Shown here: positions 5,627 to 14,559 of the stretch, piece by piece
Position numbering within the stretch: position 1 is the first letter of the stretch
Layout of the letters: each line of letters begins with the position of its first letter
IMG/VR virus record: IMGVR_UViG_3300046703_000335
Location: 62,001-126,000 of that record
Direction: 5' to 3' (one strand)
Length of the DNA stretch: 64,000 nucleotides
Translations under genes and position numbers: made by a program
Notes under the pieces: generated by a model
Seen by the model: the letters and a program-made list of their open reading frames with translations, nothing else
Database searches by the model: none
Told to the model about the DNA's origin: nothing

Positions 5627-7369
5627 TTATGGGTTTAAAATACCGCCACAAACATAAACTCTTACTGGGAGTCCAGTTGATTGATCCCTTAAGTATATCG
5701 CCTCATAACCCGATCCTGTGCTTCCTATGTACGTTCCTGTAGGGGAACTTGGGTAAATATCTAAGGAATATACTGGTTCGTACATTTCAATAAATGTATC
5801 ACAAATGCCAATTTTAGTATCACCAGAAACTTTAATATTCAAATTTGGTCCACAGATTGTCCATGCAGTACTCGTATCATTAAACAATCCAAAGCGAGCA
5901 TTCAATTGTGAAGTGTAAATTGTATTATACGCTAAAGAGGCGGATCCGATATTATTAGAGACATCTGTTTTAGGTAAAATGTCTAGGGAAGTCATACATA
6001 CACGTGCTTCTATAGTTGCACTATTTATCAGCAAAACATCCATATTACTTATAGAATTTTTAATATTTAAATTAGGACCGCATATCTCCCAATTAGTAGC
6101 ATTAGAGCTATACAGGCCATTTTCAGTGTATAATCTATTTGCATAGATTGTGCTGTATTTAAGAATTGAGGAACCTACATTATAGCTATTATCAGCGTCT
6201 GGCATAATCGCTTTAGTAGTTAGAGTGCCCGCAAAGGTACCTGTCCCGGAATTAATATTACCAACCCATATGCCATCAAAACCTACGCCAGGACCCCCAA
6301 GATTAACACCACAAGGTAATCCTGATATAACTGTTTTGTTTAATATAAGATTAGATGCATTTGAAGAAAATACTGCAGTAGCTGGATCAGACGAATAAAC
6401 GCTAAATGTACCTGCTTGTACTTTTACATCATAATCATATGCAGTAGTCCCTAAGAAAATAGTATTACTATTTAATGAAATAGCCGATAAAGCATCACTA
6501 TTATTATAGAGTTTAAAATTCCCGGATCTTATGTTAATATCAGTTGAATTATCAAGATCACCAATTGTCACACTACTACAAAGATATGGTAAAATAGTAT
6601 TGGTATTGGTATTGGGGCTATTAAGATTTGTAGCAAACACATCACTAGCATATATCTCTCTATAGATTAACGAACTTGATCCTATAGAGTACCCGCATGT
6701 AGAGACAGGATAAACATTATTGGTAATAAGATCCCCGGTAAGCTTCAGCTTACCCCCTGTAGGTAATTCAAGTTGAGGAACGCCCCCTACCTCTCCAAAA
6801 ACATACTGACTACCATTTACACTAATGGTGTATTTGTATATCGTAGAATTATCATATAACTCTGTATAAACATTTTTAAAAGCAATAGTACCGGTAGAAC
6901 TCGTACCACTTAAACTAAAATTAGTACTGAGCGTTAAGTTATTCGCAGAAGCTTCAAAATCACTGCCTATGTAAATAGCATTATCAGGACCGCTTATAAC
7001 AACCCCACAAATAGCCATAGTCGGAAGAGATAAATCAAAAATTCCAACATCAACACCTGATCTACCTACAAGTTTAACCATATTTTTGGCAACATTGATC
7101 TCAGATCCAGCTTCTCCAGGAGTAAGGCTTATATCAGATAATGCATTATATGGGTCAAATAGAGTTTTATAAATCTTTGCAATAAAATCATAAGTTCTTT
7201 CACCAGCTATTCTCTCAGTACGTCCCCATTCATCGTCTGTATCAGTTTGGGGCACATTGAGGATAGCACCAGGAAGCATCTCATCACCAACACCATAATA
7301 TATGCTCTTTGGTCCTTTTGAAAAAGTTTCATATATTGAGCTATATGAAAGAAAATCACTGTCAGCCAT
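5627..7369 (-). CDS. tail fibre/virion fibre protein
   Basis: Repeats of I(L/M/Y)P..d.s.niGS.sl.Y..IY (about 4-5 copies) typical of phage fibre shafts; Ser/Thr/Gly-rich; AAGGAG RBS; late-promoter motif upstream. Confidence 0.65.
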   Translation of the reverse strand: MADSDFLSYSSIYETFSKGPKSIYYGVGDEMLPGAILNVPQTDTDDEWGRTERIAGERTYDFIAKIYKTLFDPYNALSDISLTPGEAGSEINVAKNMVKLVGRSGVDVGIFDLSLPTMAICGVVISGPDNAIYIGSDFEASANNLTLSTNFSLSGTSSTGTIAFKNVYTELYDNSTIYKYTISVNGSQYVFGEVGGVPQLELPTGGKLKLTGDLITNNVYPVSTCGYSIGSSSLIYREIYASDVFATNLNSPNTNTNTILPYLCSSVTIGDLDNSTDINIRSGNFKLYNNSDALSAISLNSNTIFLGTTAYDYDVKVQAGTFSVYSSDPATAVFSSNASNLILNKTVISGLPCGVNLGGPGVGFDGIWVGNINSGTGTFAGTLTTKAIMPDADNSYNVGSSILKYSTIYANRLYTENGLYSSNATNWEICGPNLNIKNSISNMDVLLINSATIEARVCMTSLDILPKTDVSNNIGSASLAYNTIYTSQLNARFGLFNDTSTAWTICGPNLNIKVSGDTKIGICDTFIEMYEPVYSLDIYPSSPTGTYIGSTGSGYEAIYLRDQSTGLPVRVYVCGGILNP

Positions 7370-7424
7370 AGCGGACTCCTTATTGATATCTCGATAACCG
7401 TACTATCAATAACATATTCGCATT

Positions 7425-7436
7425 AAGAGATTATTA
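7425..7436 (-). promoter_or_regulatory. putative late promoter motif TAATAATCTCTT
   Basis: Exact 12-mer also at 30594 and 57591; lies right after the replication-operon terminator and before a structural gene. Confidence 0.6.
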
Positions 7437-7439
7437 AAC

Positions 7440-7468
7440 AAAAAAGGCTCTGTAATTACAGAACCTTA
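7440..7468 (-). terminator. terminator of the replication operon
   Basis: AAGGTTCTGT-AATT-ACAGAGCCTT followed by a T tract on the minus strand. Confidence 0.7.
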
Positions 7469-7501
7469 GTTTATAATAAAAGTTTATTAGCCCCTATAAG
7501 A

Positions 7502-8413
7502 TCAATCTACTGGAACAACCTTCAACTTAAACGTGACATAACATTTAAATTTTTCTGGGTGCCGTAGGTATTCCAGATAATGTTCGATAGGTACTTCTTG
7601 ATCCTCTTCCTTACCAAAAACTTTAAGAGTCTCTACATCTCCATGCTTCTCTAATCTAAGCTCCCCCTTATGCGTATATTCTATAGGGCTATCCGCAGTA
7701 GGGGTAGTATTAACCGGTTCATCATCAAGTGCTGCATGATTCCCAGAACCTCCTGTAGAATCAGGATCGATGTTCTCCTGCTTATAATTCTTTTCAACAG
7801 CTTTAAGGATAGAAGGAACTTCTCTTGGAGGAGTATCATGCTCAAGAATAAAATCTACAGTATCCTTGATTATATCCGGATCCTCGGTACTACTGGAGAT
7901 TTTTTCCCAATGTAAATCATTAAACTTGGATTCCCCAGCAGGTTTAGAAAGTTCTACCCGAGCATTCTCAGGAATACGCCCCATATCAGCAGATAATGTC
8001 GCTAATCTCTTTAACCGATGGGGAGTAACATGGAGGATATCTGAAATTTCCTTATCTTTTTTTCCAAGACCATTTAATCGAAGATATGCACGATTGAGGT
8101 CTATTGGACTGAGATTTACACGATTGATATTTTCGTCCAAAGAAATTAGATAAGCTTCTTCCTCATCAGCTTCTATAACTACAAATTCATCTTCAGGAAG
8201 TTCATGGTCATTCCCGAAAGATTCTTTTAACGCTTTAAGTCTTCGCTGTCCTGCGACCACTTCAAAAACTCCATCAGAATTTTTTCTGAGAATAAGTTTT
8301 GAAATAAGTTTATGCTTTTTTATAGAAGTAGAGAGAGACGTGATATCATCAGCATCCCCATCAACAACTGTACGGGCGTTACACTGGGAAATAACAAGTT
8401 CACCAATTTTCAT
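7502..8413 (-). CDS. parB: ParB/Spo0J-like protein
   Basis: NART...ITSLSTSIKKHKLISKLIL...FEVVAGQRRLKAL (GxRR), SLDENINRVNLSPID, then an HTH. Confidence 0.85.
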   Translation of the reverse strand: MKIGELVISQCNARTVVDGDADDITSLSTSIKKHKLISKLILRKNSDGVFEVVAGQRRLKALKESFGNDHELPEDEFVVIEADEEEAYLISLDENINRVNLSPIDLNRAYLRLNGLGKKDKEISDILHVTPHRLKRLATLSADMGRIPENARVELSKPAGESKFNDLHWEKISSSTEDPDIIKDTVDFILEHDTPPREVPSILKAVEKNYKQENIDPDSTGGSGNHAALDDEPVNTTPTADSPIEYTHKGELRLEKHGDVETLKVFGKEEDQEVPIEHYLEYLRHPEKFKCYVTFKLKVVPVD

Positions 8414-8436
8414 TTGAATCTTCCTTTAACAAAGGT

Positions 8437-10389
8437 TTAAAAAAGTTTTTCGGATACAATCGTCAAACCTTCTTTTTTTTCTATTTTTTTAATTTCTTCT
8501 TTTTCAGGGAGTCCACCGATAAATTTCAGGAACTCATCCTCATTAATGATCTTAACTCCAAGCTTAGCAGCCTTCTCATTCTTTTTGGACCCCGTATCTT
8601 TATCATTTGTGACAAGGTAAGTCAAGCCCTCTGATACTGTATCCTTTGCTGTACCACCTCTATCAACCACTAATGCCTGAAATTCTTTTCTTCCCATGGA
8701 GGTCAGTGACCCAGTAACACAAAAAGAGAAGCCGGTCAGAATTCCCTTTTTCTTTTCCTTAATTTTAATAACTTTAAGCAGATCTTCCGCCATATCTTTA
8801 ATCTCAGCTATCCCCTCACAAACTGTTCGAGCAGAAGTCTCTGCAAAACCAGATAACTTTTCCAGATCTGAAGGTTTTATAGAAATAATTCTATCCCAAG
8901 AACCAAACTTTTCTACTAAAATTTCAGCGGTAGATTTAGAACAAGTAGGGATCCCCAAAGCAGTGATAAATTTTTCCAGATAAAGTTCAGAGGTATCTTT
9001 CATAGTTTCAAAGAAGGATAATATGGTTTTTTCCCCAATCCCTTCCACAGCAATGAAATCATCTGTGGTCAGTTTATAAAGATCTGATACCATTCGAATC
9101 TTATTAAGATCCCACAGCCTCTCTACAAATTTATCTGAAAAGCCTTTCATGCCCAGAGTTTGTATCCAGTATACAATTCTATTCACATCTCTTTCTTTAC
9201 AAACCAAATTTCGACACCAAATGTTTACGCCATCATCTTCCAAAGGACCACCACATGAAGGACATTTAGTAGGTTTCTCAAAGGGATCTCCTTCAGTAAT
9301 GACTTCGGTTACCTGAGGGATAATGTCCCCCTTTTTTTCAATAACGACTTCTGCTCCAATCCCTATACCCATCTCTATCATGTAAGAGAAGTTATGTACA
9401 GAAGCTTTTTTGATGGTACTCCCCATAAGTTCAGCATCTTCAAGCATTACAACAGGCGTAAATTTACCCGTACGACCTATCTGAAGTTTAAGACCTATGA
9501 TCGTCGTAATAATTTTTTCTGAATCAAATTTTAGAGCTACCTGACCTTCAGGACGATTCTTCTTTACTCCTAATTTTTCCTGAAGATTAAGATCATTAAG
9601 TTTTAAAACTAAGCCATCGATATCATATGAAAATTTATTACGTTGATCATCCCGAATAGATTTGTAGATAGCCAATATTTCTTCAATTGAGTGACAGATA
9701 AAAGTTTCTACTGTTGTAAATCCTAATTTCTTAAGTATCTCAATCTTCTCAGTCTCTTTGCTCACCTTAGCATTGATGTCATAAGCAATGACACGGATAT
9801 ACTTACTATGTGTTCCATCTAATCTTCGACTTATACCACTGGCAGCATTTCTGGCATTCTTATAATGCCCGCCACTTTCTTCTTGTATAAGATCATAATC
9901 CTTTTTTGAAAGAACACCCTCTCCACGGCATACCACAGCATTTTTTATTGGAATGATCCCCGGTAGTTGCCTGAACAGTCTGGCATTCTGGTATATGTCC
10001 GCTCCTACTTGTCCGTCTCCTCTTGTTAGACTACTCTCAAGCCTACCTTGTGAATAGCACATTTCTAACGAAAACCCATCAATTTTATGTTGAAGAACAA
10101 ATTCAAGAGCAGTAGTTTTAAGCTCCAGGGTAACTCTTGTATACCACTCTACTATAGCATTTATAGAGGATACCTTATTTTGAGATCCCATAGCTATTGT
10201 ATGCTTCTTTTTAGGCCATAAGCTACACTCACTATGCCCCACTTTATTCAATCTTGGGTGATCTGGTGGTAGATGCCTATAAATAAAATCCTTGAAGGTA
10301 TCATATTCAGGGTCATCAATTAAAGATTGCTTATTATAGTAGGCATCATCATATTCGTCTAATAATTTTAATTTATCTTGGATATTCAT
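8437..10389 (-). CDS. ligA: NAD-dependent DNA ligase
   Basis: KIDG adenylation motif, TRGDG, RNAASG, DGLVLK, GRTG, GDIIP, CPSC...C...C Zn finger, HhH repeats, C-terminal BRCT (FCVTGSL...LVTN...SKKNEKA). Confidence 0.97.
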   Translation of the reverse strand: MNIQDKLKLLDEYDDAYYNKQSLIDDPEYDTFKDFIYRHLPPDHPRLNKVGHSECSLWPKKKHTIAMGSQNKVSSINAIVEWYTRVTLELKTTALEFVLQHKIDGFSLEMCYSQGRLESSLTRGDGQVGADIYQNARLFRQLPGIIPIKNAVVCRGEGVLSKKDYDLIQEESGGHYKNARNAASGISRRLDGTHSKYIRVIAYDINAKVSKETEKIEILKKLGFTTVETFICHSIEEILAIYKSIRDDQRNKFSYDIDGLVLKLNDLNLQEKLGVKKNRPEGQVALKFDSEKIITTIIGLKLQIGRTGKFTPVVMLEDAELMGSTIKKASVHNFSYMIEMGIGIGAEVVIEKKGDIIPQVTEVITEGDPFEKPTKCPSCGGPLEDDGVNIWCRNLVCKERDVNRIVYWIQTLGMKGFSDKFVERLWDLNKIRMVSDLYKLTTDDFIAVEGIGEKTILSFFETMKDTSELYLEKFITALGIPTCSKSTAEILVEKFGSWDRIISIKPSDLEKLSGFAETSARTVCEGIAEIKDMAEDLLKVIKIKEKKKGILTGFSFCVTGSLTSMGRKEFQALVVDRGGTAKDTVSEGLTYLVTNDKDTGSKKNEKAAKLGVKIINEDEFLKFIGGLPEKEEIKKIEKKEGLTIVSEKLF

Positions 10390-11474
10390 GCAAACAATCC
10401 TTGTAGAGTTAATTTAGAGTAGCTACTTTTGTAAAATTCCTCTTCAGTTCTAAAGTTCTTAATTGCATTTATGCTAAAAGAGCATACGCACAAATTATTG
10501 GAATGTCCAATTTTTTCAGGAGAGATATTGTTTCTATAACCATAAATCATGCTTATTTTATGGTCGATGGACGGTTGCTTCCCTCTACCTTGATCCAAAA
10601 GTAAATCTTCACCAGTATAATAACATGTCCCAAAAAATAACATCCATCCTTCTACTAATTCCTTTGCCCATTTTCTTGTCTCTTGCTGTACCATCAATTT
10701 ATAATTAGCGTATTCTGATCTCTTTTCTTTCGGAAGCCAATGTCCCTGAGCTATCATTAATGCCCTTTTATAATTAGAATACGCTATATTGTAAACACCA
10801 TATTTTCTATAGATAGTTTCCTTTATCTTATCTTTTATAGCTGGTAACTTAAATACATTATCTACCCCATATATAGCTAATATAGCCTGATTCCTTTTTG
10901 CTATATACTCTGCCCTTATAGCACTATCTTTCCACCTATCTTTCATATCTGTAGAGGACTTAAGTAGTATAGCACTACTTTTATTTTTAAGTTTATTAAT
11001 TACAGCAGGTATCTTAGAGGGATTATCAACACCATACCTTTTTATAAAGGTTTCTTTCCTTTTAGCATTAATACTGTCAATATTTTTTTTATTTTTTTTC
11101 TGTATATTATGAATAACTTCTTTAATCTGAAATGGATTCTCAACACCATAACGATCTAAAAAATGAAGCTTATTCTTATCGTTTTGCAATCTAATAGCTT
11201 CAACCTGACTTCTTGTTATTTTTAAATAATCTACCAGATACTTTAAAACAATATAAGGAATCTTTTTTTCTCTTGATATGCTTCTTAAACCTTTTTCTAA
11301 TTCGAGATAATCATATTTTAAATCTGATATAGGATAGCCATAAAAAGAACAGTAAAAATTTATACGATCTTCTACACTATGGTATCTTGAATAGTGCTGC
11401 ACTACAGAAGAAATAACTTTGAACTCTTTTTTACATACACTACAGATTATATTTTTTTTAAGTTTATATAACAT
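10386..11474 (-). CDS. free-standing HNH homing-endonuclease-like protein
   Basis: N-terminal C2H2 finger, repeated (K/R)YGV(D/E)N DNA-binding repeats, C-terminal SIDHKIS...NL......N..K HNH motif. Confidence 0.8.
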   Translation of the reverse strand: MLYKLKKNIICSVCKKEFKVISSVVQHYSRYHSVEDRINFYCSFYGYPISDLKYDYLELEKGLRSISREKKIPYIVLKYLVDYLKITRSQVEAIRLQNDKNKLHFLDRYGVENPFQIKEVIHNIQKKNKKNIDSINAKRKETFIKRYGVDNPSKIPAVINKLKNKSSAILLKSSTDMKDRWKDSAIRAEYIAKRNQAILAIYGVDNVFKLPAIKDKIKETIYRKYGVYNIAYSNYKRALMIAQGHWLPKEKRSEYANYKLMVQQETRKWAKELVEGWMLFFGTCYYTGEDLLLDQGRGKQPSIDHKISMIYGYRNNISPEKIGHSNNLCVCSFSINAIKNFRTEEEFYKSSYSKLTLQGLFA

Positions 11475-11508
11475 AACTACTTTTACCCCTTCCCTGTATA
11501 TACTACTC

Positions 11509-12012
11509 CTAAATTTTCTCCGTACATGTCATTTCTACCACAATATTTTGCATATCATTAGCCAGAATATGCTTATCTTTTTTTAGCATGCTTTTTATTG
11601 TACAAGGACATGGAAACAGCACTGTCCAAAATTTACCCTTTTTTTCTTCTTCTATAACAGCCATTTTCTGCTCTTCCGTTAAACCCTTCAGAGGGACAGA
11701 AGCAAGTATTATAAAATCTTCTGTATTAGAAATCTTTTTCTTATCCATATATACTATTTTTTTACCCGTGCCATAACAATTCTTGCAGCTTTGATTAGCA
11801 CATGACATTGTCTCCACAATCCCAATATGACGTGCTGATATCACATATGTTTTTTCTCCAGCAACTCTCTCTATAGAGGTATATGTAAATAGATCATCAC
11901 TAACATATTTCCGTGAATCCATGAGCTCTTTATAAATCAATTTAGTTACCGTAGAGTTAAATAACTCCTCGACAGCATAAACTTCTTTATCATTCGGAAT
12001 CTTGAGTGTCAT
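11509..12012 (-). CDS. hypothetical protein with Zn-binding Cys motifs
   Basis: CKNCYGTG and CPC motifs; in operon with neighbours. Confidence 0.7.
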   Translation of the reverse strand: MTLKIPNDKEVYAVEELFNSTVTKLIYKELMDSRKYVSDDLFTYTSIERVAGEKTYVISARHIGIVETMSCANQSCKNCYGTGKKIVYMDKKKISNTEDFIILASVPLKGLTEEQKMAVIEEEKKGKFWTVLFPCPCTIKSMLKKDKHILANDMQNIVVEMTCTEKI

Positions 12013-13198
12013 TCGTAATAACCCCTTCAGAAAAGAACAAGTTTAGATATATCCCAATCGCTTTTTCTATTTGAACTCTCTTTAAAATTTCAAAATCTTT
12101 TGCGACTAATCCCACATGCATGGCAAGATCCCAGGGGGAACTTATATCTTCAATGCATTCTGAAATTTGGTGATATATTGCTTTTTTTATCGATGAAGTC
12201 ATCCCTTTAGCCTTACAAATTTCCATAGCATCAGATTCAACACAAAAAACAGAATTTGTATAGCTCCTTTGCTTTTTATCTAACCGGGATAATATCTCTG
12301 GAATTTCATCTTCAAATCTGGTAAGCATTAACGGGAGTATTTCCTTTAAACTTGAAGATTGTAACCCCTTATAATCTGATTTGAAGAATGATTCACCACC
12401 ATAGAGTGCAATACAATTAGTCTTTGATATTTTATTATATAATAATACATCTATGGACAGGGGACATGCATCTAATTCCGAGGCAGTTATTGAAAAACCA
12501 AGACAAATCGGACCATTAAAAGTATATTCTTTTTCAAATATAAAACGAGCATGAAATACTAAATCATCTTTTTCATCCCCATAAGCTTCTTCTATCTTAA
12601 AAGGCACATTCAAAGAATCCTTAATAATCTGTATCAACTCATATAGAGGGATGAATGATTTTGTTGTTGGAGTGACTGCTCTAATTATAGTGCATGCTTT
12701 CGATTCTCGTATTTTAAAAACATTTTGAGATTTTTTTACATCATCAACTAAACCTGCCTGCCAGGTCCGAACAATATTTTTCTTTAAAGAGGGTCTATTA
12801 GCTGCAAAGAATGTATAAGGGATTCCTATAATCTTACAAAGTTGCTTCGTAGCATGTACCACTTTTGCATCTTTTGGATTTTGAAGATCTACTTTGAAAT
12901 ATAATCGCTGTTCATAATAATTCTTATCTTTAAATTCTATATACGTATCATCTTCTGTTATCTCATAATTAACAGTCCGAAGATCTACCAAAAGATCCCG
13001 GCAGTTTTCATGCCAGGTCTTTAATCTCCCACATAAATCTGAGATATCTCGTGGAACTTCGGATTCTATCTCTGTAACATTATTAGAATCGATCTTATCT
13101 GGCAAATCTTTTGAAGGGAGTTTGTCTTTCTTGATTCGATCTAATATATCTTTTTCGGAGAATTCCTCATTGAGAATATCTGTTATATCAACTTCCAT
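11990..13198 (-). CDS. DUF932-like protein
   Basis: HATKQLCKIIGIPYTF and GFSITASE...LSIDVLLY motifs; likely start MEVDITD at 13198 (track start 13249 overlaps the upstream gene). Confidence 0.55.
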   Translation of the reverse strand: MEVDITDILNEEFSEKDILDRIKKDKLPSKDLPDKIDSNNVTEIESEVPRDISDLCGRLKTWHENCRDLLVDLRTVNYEITEDDTYIEFKDKNYYEQRLYFKVDLQNPKDAKVVHATKQLCKIIGIPYTFFAANRPSLKKNIVRTWQAGLVDDVKKSQNVFKIRESKACTIIRAVTPTTKSFIPLYELIQIIKDSLNVPFKIEEAYGDEKDDLVFHARFIFEKEYTFNGPICLGFSITASELDACPLSIDVLLYNKISKTNCIALYGGESFFKSDYKGLQSSSLKEILPLMLTRFEDEIPEILSRLDKKQRSYTNSVFCVESDAMEICKAKGMTSSIKKAIYHQISECIEDISSPWDLAMHVGLVAKDFEILKRVQIEKAIGIYLNLFFSEGVITNDTQDSE

Positions 13199-13740
13199 AA
13201 TTCCAATTCCATCTCTTTTATAAAAGAAATTGTACCAGTACTCATCCAAGATACTATCTGCTCGATATCCCTTTTAAAATATAAATTAAAAATTGGTATC
13301 TTGTAATGCTGTGCAATACGTATCGCCTGACCTGTCCCACCTTCTGCTTTTCCATGAGGGGTATAACAAATAACAACATCTACTGGAGTATCCAAAGAGT
13401 CCCCCAGCACTTGGTATCCGTTTCTAGCAATCAATATCTTTGCAGCATATGATAGGGTATCCCAAGAGGGGTGGAATGCCTTAGCCAAAGCTATAGCTTT
13501 TTCTGACACGCCATATAACATGGAGATATTACTATTGAATCCCTTCCAGGGTAAAAAAATCTTTTTCATGTCTGTATTATGCACCCCGAGCTCAAAAGCA
13601 TTATCTGCTCCCTCCGCCCCTCCGGAATGTAGAATATATCCCTGCTTTTCCATAAAGGAAGCTATGGAAGTCATCAATTCTAATATCTCAGACTGACTCC
13701 GCCTGCTTCCTATACCACTATATATTTTTTGTTTCAGCAT
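13183..13740 (-). CDS. SLOG-superfamily (DprA/Smf-like Rossmann) protein
   Basis: YSGIGSR, LHSGGAEGADNAFE, ARNGYQVLG, GGTGQAIRIA motifs. Confidence 0.85.
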   Translation of the reverse strand: MLKQKIYSGIGSRRSQSEILELMTSIASFMEKQGYILHSGGAEGADNAFELGVHNTDMKKIFLPWKGFNSNISMLYGVSEKAIALAKAFHPSWDTLSYAAKILIARNGYQVLGDSLDTPVDVVICYTPHGKAEGGTGQAIRIAQHYKIPIFNLYFKRDIEQIVSWMSTGTISFIKEMELELWKLI

Positions 13741-13930
13741 ACTTTTGTCGAACTTTCTTACTTGTTGTTCGTTGCAGATTTCTTAGATAAGCTAACTTTT
13801 TAATCGCTTCCGCATAGCTCATATCCCCGACATTTTCGGAACCTGTATGAAGATATTTTTTGATATCCTTTTTAAGATCCAAGATATTCTCCACCAATTT
13901 TTTATAACGATCTAATTCAAAGTCTTCCAT
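13718..13930 (-). CDS. hypothetical protein
   Basis: 70 aa ORF overlapping both neighbours by about 20 nt and filling the operon gap. Confidence 0.55.
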   Translation of the reverse strand: MEDFELDRYKKLVENILDLKKDIKKYLHTGSENVGDMSYAEAIKKLAYLRNLQRTTSKKVRQKYAETKNI

Positions 13931-14559
13931 CTATCAAATTTCCTCTGAAGTTTTTGTTTGATAAATTTTACCATATTATCTGAGACTCCTAATATAGCTG
14001 CTACATCAGAAGAATTGCACCCAATCTTCTTACAATCCAGAAAAGTAATCATCTGATTAGCGCTATTTCTTGATTCTGTATTTTTAACATAATCTTTAAA
14101 TTCATTCAAATATTGATTAAATGTACTCTCCTCTTCTTCATCAAAAACCCGAGGAGTACAAGGGGAAAAGTCAATTTTGTAGGGTCCATTAAATGCTCCT
14201 ATATGTTCCCAGACATCATCTGCATCAAAAATAGTTTGCATACCAATTCTTACTTTAGTTATGAAGTCATATTGCACCGAAACATTTTTCTTTGCCTTAA
14301 CGGGAAGAAGCCAGCATAACAGGGTTGATATATAGGTATCAAAAGAACCTTTATCTTCTTTGTATAATTCAAGAGCTTTAGTTTGAATCATCCTAAGATA
14401 AAAATCTTGAAGGTGTTCCTGGATCAATTCACGATCTCTGATCCCTGTTTTATATATAAAAAAATTTTGTAGTTGCTTACCATTTTTTTTCACAAACGAT
14501 TTAACATCCCGGACGATTTCCATAAAAACCCCATAGTGTGATATGATATTTTTAGACAC
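13912..14559 (-). CDS. phage sigma-factor-like protein (sigma70 region 2 and region 4 HTH)
   Basis: IQEHLQDFYLRM...YKEDKGSFDTYI (region 2) and GCNSSDVAAILGVSDNMVKFIKQKL (HTH); start may be ATG 14523. Confidence 0.7.
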   Translation of the reverse strand: MSKNIISHYGVFMEIVRDVKSFVKKNGKQLQNFFIYKTGIRDRELIQEHLQDFYLRMIQTKALELYKEDKGSFDTYISTLLCWLLPVKAKKNVSVQYDFITKVRIGMQTIFDADDVWEHIGAFNGPYKIDFSPCTPRVFDEEEESTFNQYLNEFKDYVKNTESRNSANQMITFLDCKKIGCNSSDVAAILGVSDNMVKFIKQKLQRKFDRWKTLN

